From: the human T2T-CHM13v2.0 reference genome, Homo sapiens
Reading direction: 5' to 3' (one strand)
Length of the DNA stretch: 64,000 nucleotides
Assembly (NCBI RefSeq): GCF_009914755.1
Contig: NC_060933.1
The translations under genes and the position numbers were made by a program. Of this stretch, positions 46,330 through 58,722 are shown one piece after another (position 1 is the stretch's first letter; each line of letters opens with the position of its first letter). The notes below the pieces were generated by a model. It was not told where the DNA came from, did no database searches, and saw only the letters and a program-made list of their open reading frames with translations.

Positions 46330-47560
46330 TCATTATCTTCAGCACAGGAATTGTCAATCTTCTCACTTCACCTGTTCTTGCATTAGCTCAATTGATGTCA
46401 TCACTGATTTCCTAAACTAGAAACTATGGAAGCATCTTTGACTTTTCCTTTTCTCTGTTGGATTAGCTTAATCACCAAGTCCTGTCAACTTCTGAAATGA
46501 ATCTCAAATTTCTTCCCTTCTCTATCTGTTGCCCCTGATTTTGCCTTAAGTTCTTGCCTGAGTGATCTCCCAGCCTGTCTTCTGTCTCCTTTTGGTTCAG
46601 TCTTTATACTGCCTCTTGAGTAATCTTTCTGAAATTTAAACTTGATATTTTTCGCCCTCTTGCTTGAAAACTTCACTTGCTTCCCCATTTCCTACTCTTT
46701 AAGGAATGATTTCTTTAGCCTCAGATAGAAGGACCTTTATGATCTGGCCATATTCTGAAATAGCTTCAATCCTCTCCTCATCTCTGTTCCAGTATACATC
46801 TTTCCTTCTTATTCTGCAAACATTAGACCACTTGATATTCTTTAAATATGTCATGTACTTTTCTTGTGTCTGTTCTTTGGGATAATTCCTATCCTTTTCA
46901 GGGAGGCAAATTGCACGTGAGTTTAAGTATGAAGGCAATGTATACCTGCTGATTGTAAAATATTTAAACATTGTACATATCTGTGTGGTTTTAAAAGTCT
47001 GCTTTTAATTATGTAAAATTCATCTTCCCTTTCCACAGATAACTTCTGTTAACAACTTGATATCTATTGTACAAGATGTGTTACTGGCATTTCCATGTAT
47101 ATATGTATATAAATGCAGGAAACCAACATGTCATTGACACCTCTCTTCTTTACTTTTCCCCATATCTAATCATTCCTCAAGTCTTACTGATTTTTATCAG
47201 CTAGAATCTATCTCCTTATTTCTACCTCTATTGCCACTCTGATCCAGGCTACCAGCATTTCCCTCTTAGGCTTCTGAAGCAACTTCCTAACTCCCACTTG
47301 TGCTCCTCACACTCACTCTGGTCGGCTATCCATTCATTCTCCATACAGCAACTAGAGTCATTCTTTTAAAATTGCGGACCTGATCCTTCCATCTCCCAGC
47401 TGAACGCTTTTCATTTGCTTCCTGTTCTCATGAGTATGCCAAAATGTATTAATTCTGGGCTAGGAGGCCCTGAGGAATTTGGTCCTTCCCTCCTCCCCCC
47501 TCGTTTTCTGTGCTTCGCCCTCACTGGCTTGCCTTTCTTTTCCTTAAATACATCATGTTC
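46330..47560 (+). mobile_element. L2 fragments within the extended PABIR1 3' region
   Basis: CTAAACTAGAAACTATGGAAGCATCTTTGACTTTTCC; CATTCATTCTCCATACAGCAACTAGAGTCATTCTTTTAAA. Confidence 0.65.
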
Positions 47561-49059
47561 TCTCCTATTTTAGATCCTTTTCCCCGAAGGTATGGAAACA
47601 TTATTTCTGTAAGCTTATTCTTCTATATAGATGGGAAGTTTTTAAATCAGATAAGGTTCTAAGGGCATGTGGACAATTTACGTTATCATAGTATTGTTCA
47701 TAACGTCCATCATTATTCTGTAGACTGTAAGGGCTTACTTAGCTCGTGTAAGAATTATCCTTCAAAAAGCATTTTTAAGGTATTAGTATTGCTAATCTAT
47801 AAACTTTGTGCAAGAAGTCCTAAAGTCAATAGCAACATTTATTTAAAGTACAGTTTGTCATACTTAATAAACCTCTGGTATATTTTCCTTTATTATGCTT
47901 GTTAAAAACACAGTATAAATGGGAGAAATCATTAAAGATCATTAACTCCAAGGCTGCTGGATGTTAGGACCCTTAAGCATACTTAAAAGATTGATTGTAA
48001 TCAAGAATAACTTGTATCAGATTGCCTTCCAGTGATTCACATTTATTAGTTCAACCAGTTACATACCTGTAGCAAGAGACCAGTTTATTTGGCAATAAAA
48101 TTGGGGAAGGAATCAAGACTTAAATGAGGAAAGTGAGTCTGAGAACATTTTTTTTCAGGGTGTGTTTATAGATTAGTAGAACAATTTTGAAGATCTAACA
48201 GAGGTGGGAGTCAGGGGAATGGTTGCCAGACAATTGAACCAAGAAGATGATGATCATTTCTTGAGTAGCACCAGAGAACAGAAGAAAGAGTTGGCCTTGG
48301 AAAGGAGGTCTGGAAACTTATTTTTCTTCTGAAACAGGAGGGAGAGTGAAAAGGCTAGGCAAAGATATCCATAAATGTTGAATTGATTTGTTGTTGCAGG
48401 GGTTTAGGAGTATGGAGGTAGGTATATGAAAAGTAGAATTTGTTTCTGATTGTGCCTATTTTCCAATTATTGAGGAATCTAAGATACATGAGGATAGGGA
48501 CAGGAGATCATTTGGAAGCTTGAGTGCAGTAAAGGTTTAATGTTGCCTCTGAGAATCTAAAGGAGTAAGTTAAGGACAAGTAGAAGGCTTATTAGGCTAT
48601 GATGGATGCCAGGTTGCAGTTGGATGGCAGGCACAAGGAAGTGGGTTGGATTGACTAGGTTTGGGAATTGGTTAAGTGGGTACTAGGTAAAGCCCAGTGT
48701 GTGAAGTAGTTAAGGGTTCTGCTGAAAGTGTAGTTTGAATGATTGGCTGAGGCATTGAGGATAAGAGAAGGGAGCAGAGGCTTATGGACTAGACCACTTT
48801 TTTCAGGGCTTTACCTTATCAGCCATGACAAAGTATAGAGAATCTGGTCTCAATGTAGGTCTCTCACTCCAGCAGTTTTGCCCACATTTTTCATGGCTGT
48901 TAGAGAATCAGGGCTGAAGGCAAGCCTTGAGTGCCACTTACTTGGTAAAAAATTGTGTCAGATTGCTCACTGTAGCCAAGACAGAGTTCTTTGTGGCTTC
49001 TGTAACTTGCCATCCAAGTAAAAAAATTTTCTTAAAAGTTGAAATGACCTTTGTATAAA

Positions 49060-49230
49060 AAGTAATAAAATACTTGCTATGTGTCAGGGACTGTTCTAAG
49101 TGCTAAGCAAATATATCAATGCATTTAATCTATCACTATCATCTGAGGCAAGTGCTATTATTATCCTCATTTTATAAATGAGGAAATGGAGACACAGGTT
49201 GAGTTACTTGCCCAGGATTCCAGAGCTGGG
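49060..49230 (-). mobile_element. MIR
   Basis: CTATGTGTCAGGGACTGTTCTAAGTGC...TATTATTATCCTCATTTTATAAATGAGGAAATGGAGACACAG. Confidence 0.85.
49064..49069 (+). terminator. Candidate distal polyadenylation signal of PABIR1
   Basis: TGTA upstream, AATAAA, then GT-rich ATGTGTC. Other AATAAA at 47866 and 48094. Confidence 0.5.
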
Positions 49231-49769
49231 AGGTAGGCAGCGAATTGTGGTGGTTAGGAATATAGACAGTGGAGCAGGGTGGCTGTGGTGAGGATTGAAT
49301 GGGTTCGTACACAATGTGCTTACAAAGATGCTGGGCAATTAGCATCCTTGATGGATGAAACTCCTGCTTTCACACTCAGTTAACAGTACAATATCCTTCA
49401 AAGCAGGCTATCCTTTTATGAAGCGATTGTTTCTGATGTTAGCCTTTCTTATAGTGAACAGACATTTCCCTCTAACTTCCACCATTCAATTCAAGTCCAC
49501 CTTTGGCAAATGCAAAACAAGCCTTATTCTTCTTTTTATAGGTGATAGCCCCCTTCTAGAAATCAGAAATACTGATCCTTCTCTAATGACTACTTCTTCC
49601 TTCCAGATTTTAGAAATCTTGAGCTGTGTCTTCAGTATGCTGTCTGTGAAATAAGGCTATCATTGCGTGGCAGCCAAGATTTTCACCAGATTGTGATTCC
49701 CTTATGACCATTTGCCTTCCTGGGTAGGAAGTGATAAATGGCCTGATAACGTGAGTTTTTGCCAGTAAT

Positions 49770-49925
49770 AATAATAATGATGTGTTAATATTTCTTGAGC
49801 ATTCACTATGGGTCCAGACACTATTTTTAGTGCTTTACATTTATGAGTGTTTAAAATCCTCATGACAACCCTGTGAGGCAGGTGCTATGGATTCCCATTG
49901 AAGAGATGAGAAAACCAAGGCCATT
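49770..49925 (-). mobile_element. MIR
   Basis: TTCTTGAGCATTCACTATG...AATCCTCATGACAACCCTGTGAGGCAGGT...GAGATGAGAAAAC. Confidence 0.8.
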
Positions 49926-51160
49926 TTCTCAAGTCCCTATTACTGTCTATTTTTTTTCCTTTTGAATTTAGGCCCTTTTGGTTTTTTTATTATTATTATT
50001 ATAAACTTTTTTTTATTATTAACTTGAAGACCATTTCCCAGCTAACTTTAGCAACTTGCTTTATTTTACTAGTGCTGCTACTTCTGTTTTGAATCAAATG
50101 ATAGGTAATCATTCCTTAAAACAGTATTATATTAAAGGAACATACCAGGAAGTTTTTTTTTTAGTAATAGGCAAGAAATTAAAGTGTATAGAAGGAAATC
50201 ATGGTTCCACAGCTTTATGTATTTTTTCCCTATAGCATTAATTTTATTCAAAGATTTAGGGGAAATTTTTTGTTTTAGAACGAAAAGGGACTGGTAGCTA
50301 ACTGTTGTAAATACATGGTAGAGTAGAGTACAAAACAAAAGTCTATGAGGAAATGACCACTTACCAAGCAGCTTCACGGAGCAACCATACCCTCCACGGT
50401 AACCATTCTCTTAAGGCGATTGATGGAAGAGTTTCCAACCGGAAAGTTGGGATTCAGTACCACCCCCGCATGGACAAATGCAGATGTGAGATCACTCACA
50501 GCCATGTCTACCTTCATGGAAAATGAGTCGGCCCTCTCCAATACCATGACACGCAACCTCTGGCTGCACTGCGGTTATGGGATTGGCTTCTCTCCTACTT
50601 TTGCGGTTATGGGATTGAAACTCTCCTACTTTTTAGAAAATCCTGTGGAAGGATCAGGTAATAGGAAAAAGCCTGGTGAATTCTGTAAAGGGAAGTGAGT
50701 AGAATTGAGTTGGGTTAGGGAAGGAAGCATTTTAGGCAGCCACCATGGAAAGAAGGCAGGCCACCTTCTCACTGACGATGAGACCCAAGTGCTAAAGGCC
50801 AGCAACAGGCAGTGTCTGAAAACTAGTCTGATATCATCACAGTCTTCGAGGGAAAATATGATTCTACTAGGGTTTTCATGTCAATAGTGGACTCGAATTT
50901 AAGAAGTCTCCAGTCCTTTTGTAGAAGTACAAGTGTTTTTTATATATGAGCAGAAGGACCAGAAAGAAACCAACTCTTCTTCCCATCCCTCCTTAATACA
51001 GAATTTATTTACTTTTCTTGCCAATCTTTCATTTAAAGATGTCTCGTAACTCTTCTTTAATTCTGTTTCCTCCTCCTTCTCCTGCATAGATCAGATCCTT
51101 AACAGACCTTTCCTTGACCTAACATTCATTTTTCTTCCAATTTTTCTTTCTAATCTTTCT

Positions 51161-51456
51161 TTCTTTTTTTTTCAGAGACAGAGTCTCGCTCTGTCACGCA
51201 GGCTGGAGTGCAGGGGTGCAATCTTGGCTCCCTGCAACCTCCGCCTCCCGGGTTCAAGTGATACTCCTGCTTCAGCCTCCTGAGTAGTAGGGACTACAGG
51301 CATGTGCCACCATGCCTGACTAGTTTTTGTATTTTTAGTAGAGACGGGGTTTCACCATGTTGGCCAGGCTGGTCTCAATCTCCTGACCTCTGGTGATCCA
51401 CCCACCTCAGCCTCCCAAAGTGCTGGGATTACAGGCTTGAGCCACCATACCCAGCC
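51161..51456 (-). mobile_element. AluS inserted into the pseudogene 3' UTR
   Basis: Full Alu with 16-bp TSD TCTTTCTAATCTTTCT (51145-51160 / 51457-51472). Confidence 0.93.
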
Positions 51457-51996
51457 TCTTTCTAATCTTTCTACCTTGAAAAATCAACAAAGAAGTCTTT
51501 CGTCAGCTTTAGATAATTAAAGCCAAGCAAGCAACAAATGTTGGTCTTTTTCAGTAGAAACCATGTTAAAAATAGTTACACAAGCATCAAGCATCTCTAC
51601 CCCCATCACACACCTTGTCCTTGAGAACTGGTTTTGCTGTGTTTCAGTTCTGTCCAGTTCTCCCTGGTGACCCTTTCCTCCCTTGATTAGTTCCACAGCA
51701 CTGCAGGCTAAGGAGAAAAAGGAATGTGTGGGCCCAGGAGGGGACTGTCCTAGGAGACAGGCCGATACTTTTTACTTTTAGATAAGAAATGAAAAAGTGT
51801 TCATGACTTTTCCCTCTGCAGACTCTCCCTTCAGGTTCAAACTTGGAACTTTCTAGCTTTGGTCATGTATTTTATGCCCTTAAAGGGTTTGTACTTTTCT
51901 CCATACATATCCAGATGACCCTAAGTCCAGAAATAGCCAGCTGCTGCATCTTAACTACAAGTTAATTTTATCATATTAGAGGAAGATATCAGGAAG

Positions 51997-52013
51997 GTTT
52001 TTGTTTTGTTTTG

Positions 52014-52044
<31 letters not shown>
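51997..52044. repeat. (TTTTG)n microsatellite inside the pseudogene insertion
   Basis: Direct reading of the sequence. Confidence 0.9.
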
Positions 52045-52045
<1 letters not shown>

Positions 52046-54134
52046 GTAATAGGTAAAAAATTAAAGAGTATAGAAGGAAATAGTGGTTCCACAGAACAAT
52101 GGTTCTGGTTTGGAATCTCCAATGTGAAGACCCATGGTCTTCCTTAAACTTGGTAGCTTGTGGGGATTTGTTTTTCCCACATCCCAAAATAGCATCTCTG
52201 TGACTGGGCTGAACGTGTACATCCTTTGTCGTGGAGTCAGGCTCACGTTTAGGACCCCTTTGGGCATCTGGCTGGTGACTATCACTCCCTCTGTGGTCTT
52301 CCCCATTGCCTGCTTGGGTCCCACCATTATTCCAAAGCATACAAGTGAACTACTGTCTCAGAAACTGATATTATATTTGACATACACTGGGATTGCAACC
52401 AGTTTCTTTGCACTGACAGGATAAGAGAGCAGGCGGAAATTTCCATCAAGAGGGATGAAAGAAAGGATATGCTCAGATTTCCAGCACTTAAACACAAGGA
52501 TGGAAGCTGATATCATCCAACCACCTGGGGTTCATGAAGGGAAGTGTAAGGTCTGGCATTCCAATCAGCTTGATACAGCATCAATCATCCCCTGGGTTTC
52601 AGCAGCAATTGTAGAACCTGATTTATCAATAATGGCATCAATCTCTTCAATCACATCAAAATAGGCCTCATTGTTGGTGTATTTCACCCCAGTACCTCGC
52701 CAAGGCACCATTGACAGTTATCCAGTGGGAAGTTGGTCACCCACATTGGTGCTTCCTGTGATGGTGTTGACAACTGTTCGAAGGATAGTGGGAGGCTTTA
52801 TCTTTTCTTTGAGGATATTTGACTCGGTAGCCAACGAGTCAGCTTGGAAACCCATTGCCAAGCGTCTCTTCTGATGCCGCATAAATCACAATCACATTGT
52901 CCTTCATCACTAATTCTGAACAGACTCCAACATAGTCCTGAAATGTGTCCACTACTCAGTGAAGAAACTCTGACAAATAGAGGGGAGACCTCCATCTGGA
53001 TCACAGCCACAAAAAAAGATCTTGTGGTGGTAAACACTTAAGAGACAGTGGTGAGGGGTAGGGATAACTGGAGGCACACTTTCTGCCTCAGTAGCTTGTT
53101 CTTGCACCTCAAAAAAGTATTCACAAACAGAACAGTGTACCACACTTCTCCAGTGTTTCTCCAGGAAAATATCTCCAGAGGAGTTGATCAAGAAAAGTCT
53201 ATAAATCATGATAGACTGTGATTGTCAGGTGAGAAAGGAAAGCCTTTTTCAGTCTGAAAGCCTCAGGACTCTGCAGATTTTCAACCCCATCTTTCAAGAC
53301 CAGGCTCAGTCTTCCTCTACTGCACGAGCCTGAAGTATCCCTCCCTTGAATACCCGGCCTCACTCCTCGGAGCACCTGATGCTTGCTCCACCTTATGAAC
53401 AGGTCCCACCCTGCTCTGCTTTACATATTTTTTAACTGACTTTATATTTGAAATTTGAAATTACCAATCCCACAAATTTTGGATTTTTTTGTTTTCTTTA
53501 AATATATACATATATATAAACAGAGCTATGTTTAATTTATACAGTATCTTTGGTTGTTCCTAGATTGTCATTCCTAGGGAAACAAAGACAACCAGTTTGA
53601 CCCTTCCCTCCCCTCCTTTCCCCTAAAAAACTCTAAGTTAAAACTGTGGCATTTTTTTAAAGGAAAAATGTAACACCAAGATTCAAAGAAGGATCATGCT
53701 TACCTCTTCTTTCCCTGTGAGAGGCTCTCCCCAGAGGTAGAGATTTAAATTCAGAGGAATTGAGCAATCCTTGAGAAACTTTACTTTTTAAAAACTTTTC
53801 TTCATAGAAAAATCAATTCACTGGTGAGTAAGAGGATCCGAAAAAGGAAAACCTCCCTTTGAAAACATTCCAGAATTGGTGATTAGACTTCCAGTTTCAT
53901 ACTATCATGTCCCTACATTAGACATTTTGGAACAAACCATCAAAAACCACAGTTGGTTCCAAAGGGTTAGTCTTATTTTTAGAAGTTCAGTAAATATTTA
54001 GAAATCACTTCAACACTGACTTTTAGTTCTATATGTAGCTTGTTTGTGAAAATAATTTTATAACAGAATAAGGTTAAGCAGATAATGTCAAATAATTGGG
54101 TCTTGTGTATGTACACCCAAACGCACATGAGCGC

Positions 54135-54175
54135 GCACACACACACACACATACACACACGCACCCACTCACTCA
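54135..54175. repeat. (CA)n simple repeat
   Basis: Direct reading of the sequence. Confidence 0.85.
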
Positions 54176-55995
54176 CCCTTGTGGACCTTTTTCTGCGTTC
54201 CTGGAGCCATATTTAGCTTTCCTGCCACTTTAGATTTTCTTCTATTTTTCCCTTCATTTTCTTAAACAGAAACTTGGGCTTTGTAAATGATACTGAACTA
54301 TGCATATACCTATGTAGGTACTATATAGATAGAAAGTGTGCTGTGCTTTGATTTTGCATCAGCGGTTCAGATTTCAAGTGCTGCCCTAAGAGAGAAGTAA
54401 GTATTTGGTACTTGTACCTAGGACCTCTTTGTGCCTGATTTCTGTTTCTCCTTTTTGAATTTCTAGAATAAATACTCGGGGAGATGTAAAAAATACTCAT
54501 TTACAAATTTTAAGGCAACATGACTGAAAGTAGAGAACAGAGAACCTATTGCTTTTGTTTACCCGCAGAAGTTCGGTTCTGTATCAATGCCAGGTATAAT
54601 TCTGGTTTTTTTCCAGTTGCCTACAGTGGTCCCCCAAACCAAACTAACCTCTTAAGGCTTGGCTAGCAAGGCGTGTTGTGAAAGAATACAATTGAGAAAG
54701 ATATTTTGTGCCCCAGCAGAGTAAAATGGTTGTTTGAGGTAATCGCTCCTGGGATTCGGCAATCCATCTCCCTTGCTTTAAGGACAAAGAAAGGTTTTAA
54801 TGTCGAGATGCCAAGAGGATTATCAGAACTTGGGAGTGACAAGTAGCTGTTGAGTATTGGTATCTTTTGGGAAGGAAAATATGAGATATTTGGGAGGGAG
54901 TGGGAGTGAGGGGATGATGGATGGATTGGGTATTTCTTTTGGCACTGTAAATGTTCTCTTGGACTATTATTGTGAACTCCCTGTTGAGTAAAGAATGGCA
55001 TTGAGGATGGTTTTCTTCATTGTTTGTTTCACTTCATTTAGGTTTTGGATTTGAATCAGGATGTGTTTAAGAATTTCTTTGAGTCTCTTTCCCTTGATGC
55101 TCTCTTCTTTTGAGTCCTCTTGGGGAAAAAAGGTAAATAATATAATTATAATTGTCAGGTTACTTTGAGTCAAGAATTAAAATTCCTGATGCTCTTTACC
55201 AATTTATATTGCATTTCTAACTCTGAATTTAAATTTCATACCTTTTCTATATAGTCTTTCTCAAGGCCCCGTTTACCATACTACTTGCTTTCAGTTATTT
55301 CTAAAATACAAACTTGAGAATGCAACTGTAATGGCTACCACAGAAGTTCAAGTTTAAATCAAACTATGCAGTATGAGTAAAAGACCTCTCCACTTCAACA
55401 TATCCCCTGGATTCCAGTACTCTAGCTAACTGAGCTGCCTGCAGTTCAGTGTTTTCTGTATACGCTTACTGGCTGTGCTTTCAGACAAGCTGTGTCCTCT
55501 GCTTAAAATGGCATCTTCTTCCTCCTTCCTCCACAACCCCTGCCAACTGTTTTTCCTTAACTAACTCCTTAAAAATTTAGTTCAAGGGGCACATCTTTCC
55601 TGATGGCCCCTGCCTCTACAACCACGGTCAGTTAGGTGCTTTCTTCTGTGATCCTGTTGTTCCCAGGGCTTCCCTCTATAAAGGCAATTAATAGTCTGAA
55701 TTGTATTTGTATGGTTTCTTTTCTCTTTGCCCCATGCAAAAATAGGGACTAAGCCTTTTATTTATGTCCCTAATACAGGGACATAATGCAGAGCACATTA
55801 TAGTTACGCAAATTTATGTTGAGTAGATGAATTAATAGATGGATAAATGGATGAACAAATGGTACACAGTTTCTGTTTTGTTTTGTTTTATTGAGTTCAT
55901 GATATTTGCGGTGAGATTTTATTCCATTTACAACACAGTGCCATTTAGAAATTCATTCAACAAGCATTTATTCAGCATTTACTGTGGCACATGTG

Positions 55996-56319
55996 TTTTT
56001 TTGTTGTTGTTTGTTTGTTTGTTTGTTTGTTTGTTTTTGAGACAGAGTCTCGCTCTGTCGCCCAGGTTGGAGTGCAGTGGCGCGATCTCGGTTCACTGCA
56101 AGCTCCGCCTTCCAGGTTCAGCCATTCTCCTGCTTCAGCCTCCCGAGTAGGTGGGACTACAGGCACCCGCCACCATGCCTGGCTAATTGTTTTGTATTTT
56201 TAGTAGAGACAGGGTTTCGCTGCATTAGCCAGGATGGTCTCGATCTCCTGACCTCGTGATGCGCCCGCCTCGGCCTCCCAAAGTGCTGGGATTACAGGCG
56301 TGAGCCACTGCGCCTGGCC
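55996..56319 (-). mobile_element. AluY with (GTTT)n-converted tail
   Basis: Y diagnostics GCAAGCTCC, AGCCAGGATGG and ACCTCGTGAT. TSD CACATGT. Confidence 0.92.
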
Positions 56320-56409
56320 CACATGTTTTTTAAGAAAAAGGAATGTAGTAAGATTCTTAGTGGAACAAGTTCAGTCACATGGCTGAGCCCTTTATAGTTT
56401 GCTGAGACT

Positions 56410-57740
56410 AGAAATTCATTCATTAAGCGATGTTGATTAAAGCACTGATTATGTGCCTCACACTGGGCTAGTCTCTTAGGATACTTTGGTGTACAAAACA
56501 AAGACTCCTGCCCTGTAGAACCCACATTTTGCATACATTCTAACAGGGTAGAAGGAGGGGCAGTAACAAACATAAAAAAAAAGTAAATTACTATGTAAAT
56601 TTACACATATAAAGTGTGTATGTGTGTATGTGTATACACATATAGTGTATGTGTATACACATATAGTGTAAGGAACAGGAGCTCAGCATGGCTGAAGCAG
56701 AGTTGTTGAAGGGAAAAATAGTTAGAGGGGGGTTAGAGAGGTGGGCAATAGTGAGGATTATTGCAAACATAGGTGGCATAGTATCTTGTATGAAGGACAC
56801 TGGCTTTATGAGTGAGATGAGAGCCATCACAGAGCTTTGAGCACAGGAGTGACATGATCTGTCTTAGATTTTAATAGGAACACTCCTGCTGTGTTGAGAA
56901 TAGACTCTGAGGGCGTGGTAGAGGCAGGGGGACCAATTAGGAGGCTATCCAGCAATCCAGGTAAGAGATGATGATAGCTTGGATGAGGGTGGTAGCGGTG
57001 GAGGTGGAAGAAGTGGCTAAATTATAGGTATATTTTGAAGATAGAACCAACAGATTTTGCTGGTAGATTTAAGGTGGGCATAAGAGAGAAGTTAAGCATA
57101 ACTGAAAGGTTTGAGGCCTAAACAACGGGAAGGATTGGAGTTGCCATCAGCTGAAATATGGAAATCTATGGGTGGAGTAGGATATTTTTTGGTGGGGGGA
57201 GGGGCTATGGCTGTGGAGGTGAGTGGCATTAGCTGCTGAGTTTTGCATACGTTAAGCAATCTTTATTAGACATTCAAGTGGAGGCATCAAGTAAGCAGTT
57301 AGATACCTGAGTCAAGTTCAGGAAAGAGGGCTGGACTGAAATACACAATTGTGAGTCATCTGCCTGTGGATAGTGAAGTCAGGAGAGTAGATGGGATCAC
57401 TAAGGGGAAAGTGTCATTAAAGAAAAGACTAAGAACTGAACCTTGAAGCATTCTATAACATTGAAAGATCAGGAAAAGGAAACCAAGCTAGAGCAATCAG
57501 AGAGGTAGGAAAACCAAGAGAGCACGGCGCTTTAGAAACCACGTGAAGAAGACATGAGAGAAGATGGAGTGATGGTGTGTCAGTTGCAGCTGATCTGACA
57601 AGTGAGATGAAGTCTAATCACTGAGTGCTGCATTTAGTGACATAGAGGTTACAAGTCACCTGTGTGAGAGTCATTGCGGTGGAGTGGTGCAGTTGGAGCC
57701 TGACTTGAGTGGAGTTAAGATAGAATACAGTGAGCACAAT
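56410..57740 (-). mobile_element. L2 (long antisense fragment)
   Basis: TTCATTCATT...GAGCACAGGAGTGACATGATC...GCAATCCAGGTAAGAGATGATG...TTAGACATTCAAGTGGAGG. Confidence 0.8.
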
Positions 57741-58678
57741 TGGAGACAGCCAGATAGCTGAAGAAGGATGTGGGTTCTTCTAGATTCTTGAGGTGAAAAA
57801 GGAACTGAAGCGAAAGGTCATCTTCCTCCCCTTTTATTGGTAAATTGGTATTAAGTGTTTCACAAGAAATACTCCTTTACACGTATGTGATTATAGCTTG
57901 GGGGAACAATCAAGGATAAATGACAGTTTCTTTTCTTTCTTTCTTTCTTTCTTTCTTTCTTTTCTTTCTTTGGCATTATTGTGAGAGGGAACAATTTTAT
58001 AAGTAAATGTTTTTACTCCAAACATGAGTAAACTGTTCAAGCTAAGGGCTTTACTGACTTACTTCCTTCATGGGTTTGTCTGGTTCATCTTATTCCCTTG
58101 TCATCTATTTCTCCTGATGACTTTTTTCCACTTATAAATTGAAATATAGTTCCACACCCATGACACAATTATTTCTGTAACTTTGGCCCAGTTTCCTAAC
58201 CCAGAGACATTTTTCTCTTCAGTGAGTGCTGTAAATTAAAAAAAAAAAAAAATAGTTCATTGTCTTCTTAGATTTTATTCAGGAGCAGATTTTTCCCTAT
58301 TCCTTTGCAAAATTGTTGCTGAATAGTGGGAGAGGAGAGGACCAGTAATGATAGGAAACAAACAATATTTTCCTCACTTTGAATTGCTAAGATTTCCTTC
58401 TAATCATAGAATATTGTCAGGTTCCTTCTTGTGGGTTGGGAAGTCTGTCTGGATCCTTTACAAAAGAGGACTGAGGGACATCCAAGCCATATTTGTAACC
58501 AGCAGGGAAAAATGCCTTCTCCTGGAACTGCTTATCTCTCCTGATAATGCATTTCTGTCTTTCAAGACGTCAGTTAAGTGCCGTGCACTCCATGGAATGT
58601 CCTCTGATCCTTCCGGCTCTAGGTAGTATTGGTTTTCCTCTGAATCAGTGTACTACCTTCTGCCTGTACTCCTTACTT

Positions 58679-58722
58679 TGTGTGTGTGTGAGAGAGAGAG
58701 AGAGAGCGTGTGTGTGTGTGTG
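58679..58722. repeat. Compound (TG)n(AG)n(GT)n microsatellite
   Basis: Direct reading of the sequence. Confidence 0.9.

Larger units (their letters stand above)
49980..53260 (-). pseudogene. Processed pseudogene of AP-3 complex subunit mu-2 (AP3M2-like), CDS remnant 53209->51831 plus presumed 3' UTR and decayed poly-A
   Basis: Intronless minus-strand peptides MIYRLFLINSSGDIFLEKHW..., IKPPTILRTVVNTITGSTNVGDQLPTG*LSMVPWRGTGVKYTNNEAYFDVIEEIDAIIDKSGS, VGPKQAMGKT...KLPSL and LDMYGEKYKPFKGIKYMTKARKFQV*T*. The residues ITGSTNVGDQLPTG and IKYMTK are AP3M2-type. Frameshift after KIFF (~53015) and stops at 52718-52720 and 51837-51839. Minus-strand AATAAA at 50060-50065 and an A/TAA-rich tail at ~49980-50020. 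The extent of the UTR part is inferred. Confidence 0.9.

Noticed and set aside
51951-53209. AP3M2-like ORFs as a functional gene
   Set aside because: Multiple frameshifts, in-frame stops, an internal insertion, no introns and no CpG-island promoter.
49950-53360. Target-site duplication for the AP3M2 pseudogene (TCCTTTTGAATTTAGGCC vs TCCCTTGAATACCCGGCC)
   Set aside because: Too many mismatches to call. The pseudogene ends remain approximate.
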